DNA of 58,992 nt, filler included, from 5 parts of 5 records of this genome joined end to end with filler, not necessarily neighbours in it; one strand, 5' to 3'. Numbered from the whole stretch's first letter, positions 31,792-40,965 are shown. Translations and numbers: made by a program. The notes: a model not told the origin generated them from the sequence alone.

Positions 31792-33474
31792 TTACTTGGC
31801 GTTGGCCTCGTCCCGCAGCTCACGGCGCAGGATCTTGCCCACGTTGCTCTTTGGCAGTTCATCACGGAACTCAAAGTGCTTGGGTACCTTGTAGGCGGTC
31901 AGACGCTCCCGACAGAACTCCTTGAGTTCGTTGGCGGTTACACCTTCTTTGGTGGGCACGACATAAACCTTCACCGCTTCGCCGCTCTTGGCATCGGGGA
32001 TCCCCACGGCGGCACACTCCACCACTTTCGGGTGTGTGGTCACAACATCTTCGATTTCGTTCGGGAACACGTTAAAACCGGACACAATGATCATGTCCTT
32101 TTTACGATCCACAATGCGGATATAGCCATCTTCCTGGATCAGGGCCACATCGCCGGTCTTCAGGAAACCGTCATCGGTGAACGACTTCTGGGTATCATCG
32201 GGACGCTGCCAGTAACCGCGCATCACCTGCGGGCCTTTCACGCACAGTTCGCCCGGCTCGCCGACCGGCGTTTCGTTGCCGTCGTCGTCAATGGTTTTGA
32301 CCACAGTGGACGGAATCGGCAGACCGATGGTGCCGATCTGGATGGCGCTGCGGGGATTGAAGGTAACCACCGGAGAAGTCTCGGTCATACCGTAGCCTTC
32401 GCTGATTTCGCAACCGGTCACACGCTGCCACATTTTCGCGGTATCACTGGTCAGAGCCATACCACCAGAGGCAGTCAGCTTGAGGCCAGAGAAGTCCAGA
32501 TCCTGGAAGTCCTCGTTGTTGCACAGGGCCACAAACAAGGTATTCAGGCCAATAAAGGCAGAGAACTTCTGCTTCTGCAGCTCTTTAACAAAGCCGGGGA
32601 TATCACGCGGGTTAGGAATCAGAACGTTATGGGCACCTGCTTCCAGCATAATGCCGCAGTTCAGGGTGAAGGAGTAAATGTGGTACAGCGGCAGCGGTGC
32701 AATCACCACTTCCTTGCCCTCTTCCACCTGATCTTCCAGCATTGGCCGGACTTGTGTCAGGTTGGCCACCAGGTTGGCGTGAGTCAGCATGGCACCCTTG
32801 GCAACACCAGTGGTACCGCCGGTGTACTGCAGCACGGCCAGATCATCCAGCTTGATGTCGACCGGGGTAAACTTTTCACGGGCACCGGCGCTGAGTACCG
32901 CCGGCAGCTTATGAGCACCCGGAATGTTGAACGCCGGAACCATCTTCTTGAGGTGCTTCACCGCGGCATTCATCAGGGTACGCTTGATGGGGGAATGCAT
33001 ATCGGCAATCTCGGTCACGATCACGTGCTCGATGCCGGTATGGGGCAAAACCTTCTCCGCGTTGTCGGCCATATTGGCCAGAACAACCAGTGCCTTTGCG
33101 CCAGAATCGTTAAACTGGTGCTCCATCTCACGAGTGGTGTACAGGGGGTTGGTGTTCACCACAATCAGACCAGCGCGCATGGCCCCGAACACAACCACCG
33201 GATACTGGGTTACGTTCGGCATCTGCACCGCAATGCGGTCGCCCGGTTTCAGGTCAGTTTTGTTCTGCAGCCAGGCCGCGAAGTTACGGCTCTGAGTATC
33301 AAGATCCCGATAGGTCAGGGTAACGCCAACTGCTGTAAACGCAGGCTTGTCTGCAAACTTCTGTACCGCCTGCTCAAAAACATCCACCATGTTCTTGTAT
33401 TTATTGAGATCGATTTCCCGGGGGATGCCAGCTGGGTATTTGTCTTGATAGAACTGCTCAAAATCCATCACCAT
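31792..33474 (-). CDS. fadD: Long-chain fatty acid-CoA ligase
   Basis: YTGGTTGVAKG, EGYGMTETSP, KTGD, DRKKDMI and LPKSNVGK motifs. Start lies near the contig edge (ATG 33468 or 33474). Confidence 0.93.
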   Translation of the reverse strand: MVMDFEQFYQDKYPAGIPREIDLNKYKNMVDVFEQAVQKFADKPAFTAVGVTLTYRDLDTQSRNFAAWLQNKTDLKPGDRIAVQMPNVTQYPVVVFGAMRAGLIVVNTNPLYTTREMEHQFNDSGAKALVVLANMADNAEKVLPHTGIEHVIVTEIADMHSPIKRTLMNAAVKHLKKMVPAFNIPGAHKLPAVLSAGAREKFTPVDIKLDDLAVLQYTGGTTGVAKGAMLTHANLVANLTQVRPMLEDQVEEGKEVVIAPLPLYHIYSFTLNCGIMLEAGAHNVLIPNPRDIPGFVKELQKQKFSAFIGLNTLFVALCNNEDFQDLDFSGLKLTASGGMALTSDTAKMWQRVTGCEISEGYGMTETSPVVTFNPRSAIQIGTIGLPIPSTVVKTIDDDGNETPVGEPGELCVKGPQVMRGYWQRPDDTQKSFTDDGFLKTGDVALIQEDGYIRIVDRKKDMIIVSGFNVFPNEIEDVVTTHPKVVECAAVGIPDAKSGEAVKVYVVPTKEGVTANELKEFCRERLTAYKVPKHFEFRDELPKSNVGKILRRELRDEANAK

Positions 33475-33475
33475 C

Positions 33476-33575
33476 NNNNNNNNNNNNNNNNNNNNNNNNN
33501 NNNNNNNNNNNNNNNNNNNTTAATTAATTAANNNNNNNNNNNNNNNNNNNNNNNNNNNNNNNNNNNNNNNNNNNN
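33476..33575. other. Artificial contig spacer
   Basis: N44-TTAATTAATTAA-N44. Confidence 0.97.
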
Positions 33576-33822
33576 AAAGTCGAAGAGAAATCTTCGGCTT
33601 TTTTTGTTCTAAATCCACCCTAAAAAAGGGTCGAGTACAACATTTTGATATTTTTGCTGCCCAAATATTTTTTTTAGAATATGAAGGCATTTAATATCAT
33701 TCCATATTATATTTCAAATTTAAAAAGAAATATCATTGATCCTTTAATAACTTAAAAAGACCACAAGTAGATATTTAAAAATCCAAATAATCAGAATATT
33801 ATTTTTCTCATTTGATTTTTAT

Positions 33823-33866
33823 GTAACATCTGTTACCGAAAATCAAATCAATTCCTTGTATTTTTG
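33823..33866 (+). promoter_or_regulatory. Regulon site 1: GTAAC-ATCT-GTTAC (33823-33836) + 22 nt + TATTTTTG (-7 box, 33859-33866)
   Basis: Counted directly; upstream of the DUF983-crp/fnr pair. Confidence 0.8.
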
Positions 33867-33890
33867 CCTAAAATTTAGGTAGGCTTTCAA

Positions 33891-34289
33891 TTGAAGAAGA
33901 CAAAATTATATAGCATCTTATTCCTAAAATGTCCACAGTGCCGTCAAGGGGAATTTCTGGAGGGACATCCTTATAGACTTTCAAATGTGAATAAAGTAAG
34001 GGAATGCTGTCCAAAATGTAAGTTAAAATATCATATAGAACCAAGCTTTTATACCGGGTCTATGTATGTTTCTTATGGCGTTGGTATTGCGGTGGCTGTG
34101 GCAGCTTATGTGCTTACGCTCATATTTGGTTTGGATTTCGGTCCAACAGGAATAATGCTAAGTATTGTCGCCGCGTTGCTTATTACAATGCCCTACATAG
34201 GAGCAGTTTCAAAATCCATTTGGGCGCACCTATTTTTAAAATTTAATGCAGAAATAGCCAAAAAGGTAAGCGATGATTCAAGAACTTAA
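33891..34289 (+). CDS. DUF983-like zinc-ribbon membrane protein
   Basis: CPQC...CPKC, EPSFYTGSMYVSY and two TM helices; TTG start. Confidence 0.8.
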   Translation: MKKTKLYSILFLKCPQCRQGEFLEGHPYRLSNVNKVRECCPKCKLKYHIEPSFYTGSMYVSYGVGIAVAVAAYVLTLIFGLDFGPTGIMLSIVAALLITMPYIGAVSKSIWAHLFLKFNAEIAKKVSDDSRT

Positions 34290-34899
34290 AAAATATTATG
34301 GCTCACTATTTGAACTTGCACTTTTGGAAGAAATCAACCAAGTTGGTACTTTTATGGAAGTTCCGGAAGGACAAGACTTAATGAAACCAGGGCAATACAT
34401 AAAGTCAATACCTTTACTATTGTCTGGTAGTATCAAAATTATGCGACCTGATGGCGATGGTGATGAATTGTTGCTTTATCATCTTGAAAAAGGTGACACC
34501 TGTGCAATGACAATGAGTTGCTGCATCGGAAATGCCAAAAGTGAAATACACGCTGTGTCTGAAACGGACATTAAACTTCTAATGGTCCCTGTAGGTATGA
34601 TGGAAGAATGGTCTCGCAAATACAAGTCTTGGCGAAACTTTGTTTTTTCTAGCTATCACGCACGTATGATGGAAATGCTTGAAAGTATTGATAATATTGC
34701 ATTTAATAATATGGATGAACGTTTGGAAAACTATATTCAAAATAAAATTGTCCTAATTAACAGTAAGCATATCTATACAACCCATAAGGAAATTGCTTCA
34801 GATTTACATACTAGCCGTGTCGTAGTTTCTAGACTACTCAAAAAAATGGAAATCAGTAAAAAAATAAAATTACACCGTAGTTTTATTGAAGTCCTGTAA
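34273..34899 (+). CDS. Crp/Fnr family transcriptional regulator
   Basis: cNMP-binding-like barrel (LLSGSIKI, LLLYHLEKGDTCA), C-helix, HTH THKEIASDLHTSRVVVSRLLKK. Confidence 0.92.
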   Translation: MIQELKKYYGSLFELALLEEINQVGTFMEVPEGQDLMKPGQYIKSIPLLLSGSIKIMRPDGDGDELLLYHLEKGDTCAMTMSCCIGNAKSEIHAVSETDIKLLMVPVGMMEEWSRKYKSWRNFVFSSYHARMMEMLESIDNIAFNNMDERLENYIQNKIVLINSKHIYTTHKEIASDLHTSRVVVSRLLKKMEISKKIKLHRSFIEVL

Positions 34900-34939
34900 C
34901 ATCGGTTACCAAACTTGTTTAATATGCCCTTTACATTTG
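34896..34939 (+). promoter_or_regulatory. Regulon site 2: GTAAC-ATCG-GTTAC (34896-34909) + 22 nt + TACATTTG (34932-34939)
   Basis: Counted directly; overlaps the crp/fnr stop codon and lies upstream of tauE. Confidence 0.8.
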
Positions 34940-34950
34940 TTCTATCATTA

Positions 34951-34970
34951 GATAGATAGATAGATAGATA
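34951..34970 (+). repeat. (GATA)5 simple sequence repeat 1 nt before the tauE ATG
   Basis: Direct reading of the sequence. Confidence 0.9.
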
Positions 34971-34971
34971 A

Positions 34972-35778
34972 ATGGACATTATAGAAATTTTCGGTTATGC
35001 AGGTGCGCTATTTATTGGGATTGTGTTAGGATTGATAGGTGGTGGTGGTTCAATCTTAACTGTGCCCATTTTGGTTTATGCCTTATCATTTAATCCAGTA
35101 ATTGCTACAGCATACTCATTATTTGTAGTGGGTACAACTTCACTCGTAGGAGCACTTAAAAATATGATGAAGGGTAAGGTAGATTTCAAAACCGCTATCA
35201 TTTTTGCCGTTCCCGCTTTTACAGCTGTATATTTAACAAGAGCTTATTTAATCCCTGTAATTCCAGAACGACTTTTTGAAGTTAATGATTTTATGGTCAC
35301 AAAAAATTTGGCTATTATGCTATTTTTTGCCATTATAATGCTTTTGGCATCCATTACTATGATTCGCAATGGAAATCGGCAACTTAATACCGAAATAGTT
35401 GAAAAAAAATCTAATCACCTCTTGTTGATGGTGCAGGGTTTTTTCATTGGAATTGTAACTGGAATGGTTGGCGCAGGAGGTGGGTTTTTAATTATTCCGG
35501 CATTGGTCCTTTTGGCCAAATTACCGATGAAAAAAGCGGTGGCCACCTCTCTTTTTATAATTGCTATTAATTCATTGATAGGATTTTTGGGAGATGTACA
35601 AAACTATGATATAGACTGGTTGTTTTTGCTGCTATTTACTTCAATATCAGTAGTGGGTATATTTATAGGCATTTGGCTTAATAAATTTATAGATGGTAAA
35701 AAACTTAAAAAGGCATTTGGCTGGTTTGTGCTTCTAATGGGAATTTATATTATATACAAGGAAATTTCCAATCAATAG
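34972..35778 (+). CDS. Sulfite exporter TauE/SafE family protein
   Basis: LGLIGGGGSILTVP and GMVGAGGGFLIIPAL repeats, KKAVATSL, multiple TM helices. Confidence 0.9.
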   Translation: MDIIEIFGYAGALFIGIVLGLIGGGGSILTVPILVYALSFNPVIATAYSLFVVGTTSLVGALKNMMKGKVDFKTAIIFAVPAFTAVYLTRAYLIPVIPERLFEVNDFMVTKNLAIMLFFAIIMLLASITMIRNGNRQLNTEIVEKKSNHLLLMVQGFFIGIVTGMVGAGGGFLIIPALVLLAKLPMKKAVATSLFIIAINSLIGFLGDVQNYDIDWLFLLLFTSISVVGIFIGIWLNKFIDGKKLKKAFGWFVLLMGIYIIYKEISNQ

Positions 35779-35780
35779 CA

Positions 35781-36656
35781 ATGGGGAAATACATTGACAT
35801 AATAGAGCGTTCTTTTTCAGGTTACTTCAATTACCTAATTAAGGAAATTTCCAATCCCTCTTGGACTAATTATTTTTATTGGTTATTAGGTCTTTCTATT
35901 CTTGTGTTTTTATTTGAAATCATCGTTCCTTGGCGTAAGAAACAGTCAGTCATTAGAAAAGGGTTTTGGCTCGATACTTTTTACATCCTCTTTAATTTTT
36001 TCCTGTTTTCATTAATTGGTTACAACGCTCTTTCAAATGTAGGGGTCGAATTATTTAATGACTGCTTGGGCATATTTGGCATCAAAAATATTGTTGCAGT
36101 AGAAGTACAGGATTTTCCTGTATGGATGCAGCTTTTTATTATGTTCATAGTAGCAGATTTTGTGCAATGGAATGTGCACAGAATGCTGCATCGGGTTCCG
36201 TGGATGTGGAAATTCCATAAAGTGCACCACAGCGTAAAGGAAATGGGTTTTGCTGCTCAATTTCGATTTCATTTTTTGGAAACTATCGTATATAAATCCA
36301 TTCAATACATTCCTTTGGCAATGATAGGTTTTGGTATTGAACAATTTTTTGTTGTACATATGTTTACTGTTTTTGTTGGGCATCTTAATCACGCAAATCT
36401 CGACTGGAGCTATGGGAAATTTGGTTATATATTCAACAATCCTCGAATGCATATTTGGCATCACGCCAAAGCATTACCAGCTGAACGCCCTTACGGAATG
36501 AACTTTGGGCTTACCTTGAGTATTTGGGATTACCTGTTCGGGACTGCATACGTTCCTGACAGTGGCCGTGATATCGAATTGGGGTTTGAAGATGACGCTA
36601 ACTTTCCTAATACTTTTATAAAACAAATGAAGTATCCCTTCAAAAAAGATAAGTAG
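35781..36656 (+). CDS. Sterol desaturase / fatty acid hydroxylase superfamily membrane di-metal enzyme
   Basis: His boxes HRMLH, HKVHHS, HLNHAN and HIWHH; NFG...IWDYLFGT. Confidence 0.88.
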   Translation: MGKYIDIIERSFSGYFNYLIKEISNPSWTNYFYWLLGLSILVFLFEIIVPWRKKQSVIRKGFWLDTFYILFNFFLFSLIGYNALSNVGVELFNDCLGIFGIKNIVAVEVQDFPVWMQLFIMFIVADFVQWNVHRMLHRVPWMWKFHKVHHSVKEMGFAAQFRFHFLETIVYKSIQYIPLAMIGFGIEQFFVVHMFTVFVGHLNHANLDWSYGKFGYIFNNPRMHIWHHAKALPAERPYGMNFGLTLSIWDYLFGTAYVPDSGRDIELGFEDDANFPNTFIKQMKYPFKKDK

Positions 36657-36657
36657 C

Positions 36658-36701
36658 GTAACAATGGTTACTGACAAACAGAAAAATCTCTTATAATTTT
36701 A
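36658..36701 (+). promoter_or_regulatory. Regulon site 3: GTAAC-AATG-GTTAC (36658-36671) + 22 nt + TAATTTTA (36694-36701)
   Basis: Counted directly; upstream of the first persulfide dioxygenase-rhodanese gene. Confidence 0.8.
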
Positions 36702-36790
36702 AATCTATAATTCCCGCTCAAGTTTATGTTTAATGCAGTTGAATTGCGAAAGCATAATTTAAAATAGCGATAACTTAAAACATAAAAATT

Positions 36791-38209
36791 ATGAAAATAG
36801 AACAGATTTACACAGGGTGTTTGGCACAAGGTGCCTATTATATTGAAAGCAAGGGAGAAGTGGCTATTATTGACCCATTGCGCGAAGTGCAACCTTACAT
36901 AGACAAAGCTGAAGCGGCTGGTGCAAAAATCAAATATATTTTTGAAACCCACTTTCACGCTGATTTTGTCTCGGGACACGTTACCCTTTCAGAAAAAACC
37001 GATGCAACTATCATTTATGGGCCAAAAGCAAATCCAAATTTTGAAGCCACTACAGCAAAAGATGGACAGGAATTCAAACTGGGCGAACTGACATTTATCG
37101 TGCTTCACACACCAGGACACACAATGGAAAGTACCACTTATTTATTGAGGGATAAAGATGGGAAAAATCACGCCTTGTTTACAGGTGATACATTATTTCT
37201 TGGAGATGTAGGACGACCAGACCTGGCACAAAAGGCTGCATATATGACCCAAGAGCAACTTGCAGAAACGCTATACGATAGCCTTCGTAATAAAATTATG
37301 CCGCTTGCAGATGATATAATGGTATATCCGGCTCACGGTGCAGGTTCAGCCTGTGGTAAAAATATGATGAAGGAAACTGTCGATACTTTGGGACACCAAA
37401 AAGAAATGAACTATGCCTTACGTGCTGATATGACCAAGGAAGAGTTTGTAAGGGAAGTGACTGATGGGTTGTTACCGCCACCAGCATATTTCCCTATGAA
37501 TGTAAAAATGAACAAAGAAGGTTATAAAAATATAAACGAAGTTATCGCTCAAGGCGAAAATGCGCTAGCACCAGATGTTTTTGAAGCCGTAGCCAACGAA
37601 ACAGGAGCTGTGGTGCTGGATGTAAGGCACCAAAACGATTTTGCAAAAGGGCATATTCCAGGGTCAATTTTTATAGGTATTGACGGAAGCTTTGCACCTT
37701 GGGTGGGCGATTTGATAAAAGATGTAAAGCAACCCATCTTGTTGATTGCCGATAAAGACCGTATCGAAGAAACCATCACAAGATTATCGCGTGTCGGGTT
37801 TGATAATACCATTGGATATTTAGAGGGTGGTTTTGAAGCTTGGAAAAAATCTGCAAAGGAATATGATACAGTCACTTCCATTCCCGCAAGTGAATTCAAA
37901 CAAATTGAAGATGATACTCGGAATGATGTTCCAGTATTTGATGTAAGAAAGCCTTCCGAGTTTCAAAGCGAACACGTGCTCAACGCAAACAATACATCTT
38001 TATCAACTATAAACGACCATTTGGCAGAATATCCGAAAAACGAAACCTTTTATGTGCATTGTGCTGGAGGCTATCGAAGTATGATTGCGGCCTCTATTTT
38101 AAAAAGCCGTGGCATCCATAATTTAATTGATATCCAAGGTGGCTTTACTGCCATAAAAGATGCAGGCGTTGAAACTACAGAATATGTGTGTCCATCAACA
38201 TTGAAATAA
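36791..38209 (+). CDS. MBL-fold persulfide dioxygenase fused to two rhodanese domains (CstB-like)
   Basis: ETHFHADFVSG, TPGHT, TGDTLF.GDVGRPDL, PAHGAGSACG; C-terminal rhodanese active loop HCAGGYRS. Confidence 0.88.
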   Translation: MKIEQIYTGCLAQGAYYIESKGEVAIIDPLREVQPYIDKAEAAGAKIKYIFETHFHADFVSGHVTLSEKTDATIIYGPKANPNFEATTAKDGQEFKLGELTFIVLHTPGHTMESTTYLLRDKDGKNHALFTGDTLFLGDVGRPDLAQKAAYMTQEQLAETLYDSLRNKIMPLADDIMVYPAHGAGSACGKNMMKETVDTLGHQKEMNYALRADMTKEEFVREVTDGLLPPPAYFPMNVKMNKEGYKNINEVIAQGENALAPDVFEAVANETGAVVLDVRHQNDFAKGHIPGSIFIGIDGSFAPWVGDLIKDVKQPILLIADKDRIEETITRLSRVGFDNTIGYLEGGFEAWKKSAKEYDTVTSIPASEFKQIEDDTRNDVPVFDVRKPSEFQSEHVLNANNTSLSTINDHLAEYPKNETFYVHCAGGYRSMIAASILKSRGIHNLIDIQGGFTAIKDAGVETTEYVCPSTLK

Positions 38210-38235
38210 ATATCATCTTCAAAGAAAAGACAAAA

Positions 38236-38858
38236 ATGAACAGTACAAAGGAAATAGATCGCAAACAACATTGGGAAAAAGTGTATGAAACCAAAAATCC
38301 CGACCAAGTAAGTTGGACCCAAGAAAAGCCCATAACATCATTGGATTTTTTAGATTCTTTTATGTTAGATAAAGATGCTAAAATAATTGATGTAGGTGGT
38401 GGAGACAGTAAGTTGGTAGACTATTTACTTCTGGAAGGATATAGTGATATAACCATTCTTGATATTTCAGCCAAAGCTTTGGAAAAAGCAAAGGCTAGGC
38501 TTAGGGATAAATCCAAAAAAATCAAATGGATAACAGTGATATTATCGATTTTAAACCTACAGAAACGTATGATGTTTGGCACGATAGAGCGACTTTTCAT
38601 TTTCTTACATCAACACAAGAGCGCGATAAATATTTACAACTTGTAAAAAGATATGTTACCCATCATTTAATAATTGGAACATTTTCGAAAGATGGACCGG
38701 AAAAATGCAGCGGACTAAAAATTAAACAGTATTGTGAGCAGGAGCTTAAAGAGTTTTTTAGCGATGATTTTGAAAAAATCACTTGCTTAAATAATAATCA
38801 TATAACACCATTTAATAAGTTACAAAACTTTCTTTTTTGTAGCTTCAAAAAGAAATGA
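38236..38858 (+). pseudogene. Class I SAM-dependent methyltransferase split by a frameshift near 38533
   Basis: IIDVGGGDS motif in one frame; DIIDF..YDVWHDRATFHFL continues in another frame. Confidence 0.75.
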
Positions 38859-38859
38859 A

Positions 38860-39453
38860 TCAAAACATTTTCTGAAGCACCAGCGTGGTCATCGCTCGTT
38901 CATCTTTAACATTGGTTGTTTTAATAGGTTCTATCAACTCAATATTAAATTCAGTTATTAAATCAGCAATACGTTCGCGAGTGAGATAGTAGTTGCCTTT
39001 TTTTCCATTGTCTTTGAAGATAATTTCAGGGGCATTGCCATCCAAACCTATATTTGATGCCATCCTAATGAGCAGCATTCCATCAGGTTTCAGCACGCGG
39101 ATTAATTCTGAAAACATAGCCGTAAAATGGGTTCCACTTTCTGCGAAATGCAATACAGCACAACATAAAATGTGGTCAAAACTGTTTTCGTCGTAAGGCA
39201 AATCATCTAATGTTCCTGTGATAAAATTGCCTTCCGTTTTTGGGTATTGCGCTTTCGCAAAAGAGAGAAATTCTGCATCTGCATCTATTCCAAATATCTC
39301 ATAATCGTTTTGATAAAACCACTTCAGGTTTCGCCCTTTTCCACAACCAGCATCTAAGATAGATTGCCCATTTTGATATTGACCTTTTAAAATTTGGTCG
39401 ATTACATAAATATCAACGTTTCCCAATGCGTCAAAAGTGGTTTTGTAATCCAT
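38860..39453 (-). CDS. Class I SAM-dependent methyltransferase
   Basis: ILDAGCGKGRN, FDHILCCAVLHF and VLKPDG motifs. Confidence 0.9.
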   Translation of the reverse strand: MDYKTTFDALGNVDIYVIDQILKGQYQNGQSILDAGCGKGRNLKWFYQNDYEIFGIDADAEFLSFAKAQYPKTEGNFITGTLDDLPYDENSFDHILCCAVLHFAESGTHFTAMFSELIRVLKPDGMLLIRMASNIGLDGNAPEIIFKDNGKKGNYYLTRERIADLITEFNIELIEPIKTTNVKDERAMTTLVLQKMF

Positions 39454-39506
39454 AAAATCCTTGATTTAATGTTTCTGCAAGATATCTAAAATTATTCCTT
39501 CTTTGT

Positions 39507-39550
39507 GTAACGCTTGTTACCGTCATTGGTTAGGGGTATCCATATTTTTA
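39507..39550 (+). promoter_or_regulatory. Regulon site 4: GTAAC-GCTT-GTTAC (39507-39520) + 22 nt + TATTTTTA (39543-39550)
   Basis: Counted directly; upstream of the peroxiredoxin gene. Confidence 0.8.
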
Positions 39551-39574
39551 TATCACAATATAAACATAAGCACT

Positions 39575-40237
39575 ATGGATAATACAACAATTGAAAATAA
39601 TGTGACTTCTATGCCTCGAATAGGCGATAAGGCACCCGATTTTAAAGCGAAAACAACTAAAGGGGATATGCAAATGGCTGAATTTGCAAAAGATAAATGG
39701 ATTGTGATGTTCTCGCACCCTGCAGATTTTACACCTGTGTGCACAACTGAAATGAGTGGCTTTGCAGTTCGTAAAGATGAATTTACCGCACTCAATACAG
39801 AATTGCTGGGATTAAGCATCGACAGCATTCACTCGCATTTGGGATGGGTAAACAACGTAAGAGAGAAAACCGGTGTCTATTTTGATTTCCCAATCATTGC
39901 AGATATTGATATGAAGGTGTCAAAACTCTATGGAATGCTACAACCCAATGAGAGCGAAACCGCAGCCGTACGCGCTGTTTTCTTTATAGACCCAAAAAAG
40001 AAAATACGCTTGATAATGTACTACCCGCTAAACGTAGGTAGAAATATGGATGAGATTTTGAGAGCACTGGAAGCCTTACAGGTTTCAGATGAACATAAGG
40101 TCGCAATGCCATTAGATTGGAAAAAGGGTGATAAGGTTATCGTGCCACCGCCAAAAACATTGGATGAAATGAATGCAAGAATTGCAGATGATAGCTGTGA
40201 GAAAGTAGATTTCTATCTCGCCAAAAAATCATTGTAA
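39575..40237 (+). CDS. Peroxiredoxin (Prx6-type)
   Basis: FSHPADFTPVCTTE, YYP..VGRNMDEILR; start moved to ATG 39575, downstream of the promoter. Confidence 0.92.
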   Translation: MDNTTIENNVTSMPRIGDKAPDFKAKTTKGDMQMAEFAKDKWIVMFSHPADFTPVCTTEMSGFAVRKDEFTALNTELLGLSIDSIHSHLGWVNNVREKTGVYFDFPIIADIDMKVSKLYGMLQPNESETAAVRAVFFIDPKKKIRLIMYYPLNVGRNMDEILRALEALQVSDEHKVAMPLDWKKGDKVIVPPPKTLDEMNARIADDSCEKVDFYLAKKSL

Positions 40238-40273
40238 TCAACAAAATTAGTTTTTAGTTAAGGTTGGTTAGTG

Positions 40274-40304
40274 AAAAAGCGGCGAGTAATCGTCGCTTTT
40301 TTTT
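40274..40304 (+). terminator. Intrinsic terminator after the peroxiredoxin gene
   Basis: AAAAAGCGGCGA-GTAA-TCGTCGCTTTTTTTT. Confidence 0.75.
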
Positions 40305-40312
40305 GTATTACT

Positions 40313-40356
40313 GTAACATAGGTTACTAACTTCTTATAGTTACATCCTTAAATTGG
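40313..40356 (+). promoter_or_regulatory. Regulon site 5: GTAAC-ATAG-GTTAC (40313-40326) + 22 nt + TAAATTGG (40349-40356)
   Basis: Counted directly; upstream of the rhodanese-cbb3 operon. Confidence 0.75.
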
Positions 40357-40370
40357 TAGAGAGTGAAACA

Positions 40371-40745
40371 ATGAATAAAATCCTATTAATCATAATAATT
40401 ATGAGCAGTCTATTCGGCGCAAAGGCGTAACAAAATAATACTATAGAAATCCTATCATCTTCAGAGTTTAATGAAGCCATTTCAAATGATAACATCCAAT
40501 TGGTTGATGTGCGTACGGAGAAAGAATTTAAAGAAGGCGCCATAGAAGGGGCTTTAAATATAGATTTCTTTAAGCAGGACAATTTCACTGAAGAATTCAA
40601 CAAGTTAGATAAAAAAGAACCTATCTATCTCTACTGTCGTTCAGGGAATCGAAGCCAACAAGCCGCTGCAAAGTTGCAGGAAATGGGGTTTACAAAAATC
40701 TATGATTTACGGGGAGGTTATATGGGTTGGCCATTTAAAAAATAA
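40371..40745 (+). pseudogene. Exported single-domain rhodanese with an in-frame TAA at 40428-40430
   Basis: MNKILLIIIIMSSLFGAKA*QNN.. continues in frame to LVDVRT..EF..G.I.GA.NI and YCRSGNRS. Confidence 0.8.
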
Positions 40746-40749
40746 GATT

Positions 40750-40965
40750 ATGGACAATACACTTGTAATTTGGGCACTGGTAATTGCCTTCTTGGTTCTA
40801 GCTTTCGTGGGCGTGTATATATATCGATTACGATTAGTGGCAGATGAGTATGAAGAGCTAAAAAGACTCTCCAGCCATAATTTAAAAGATAAGATATCCC
40901 GTTTTTTAGATAAGATGGACAGCAAGCAATTAGACATCTTGAATAAGGCCTTAAATAAGAAATAA
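40750..40965 (+). CDS. Small single-TM hypothetical protein upstream of ccoN
   Basis: ATG 40750, hydrophobic N-terminus, tight operon spacing. Confidence 0.55.
   Translation: MDNTLVIWALVIAFLVLAFVGVYIYRLRLVADEYEELKRLSSHNLKDKISRFLDKMDSKQLDILNKALNKK

Noticed and set aside
26724-33531. Long antisense ORFs (for example 27942-29195, 30285-31667, 31771-33531)
   Set aside because: They are shadow frames of fabH, hrpA and fadD in GC-rich DNA with no recognisable motifs
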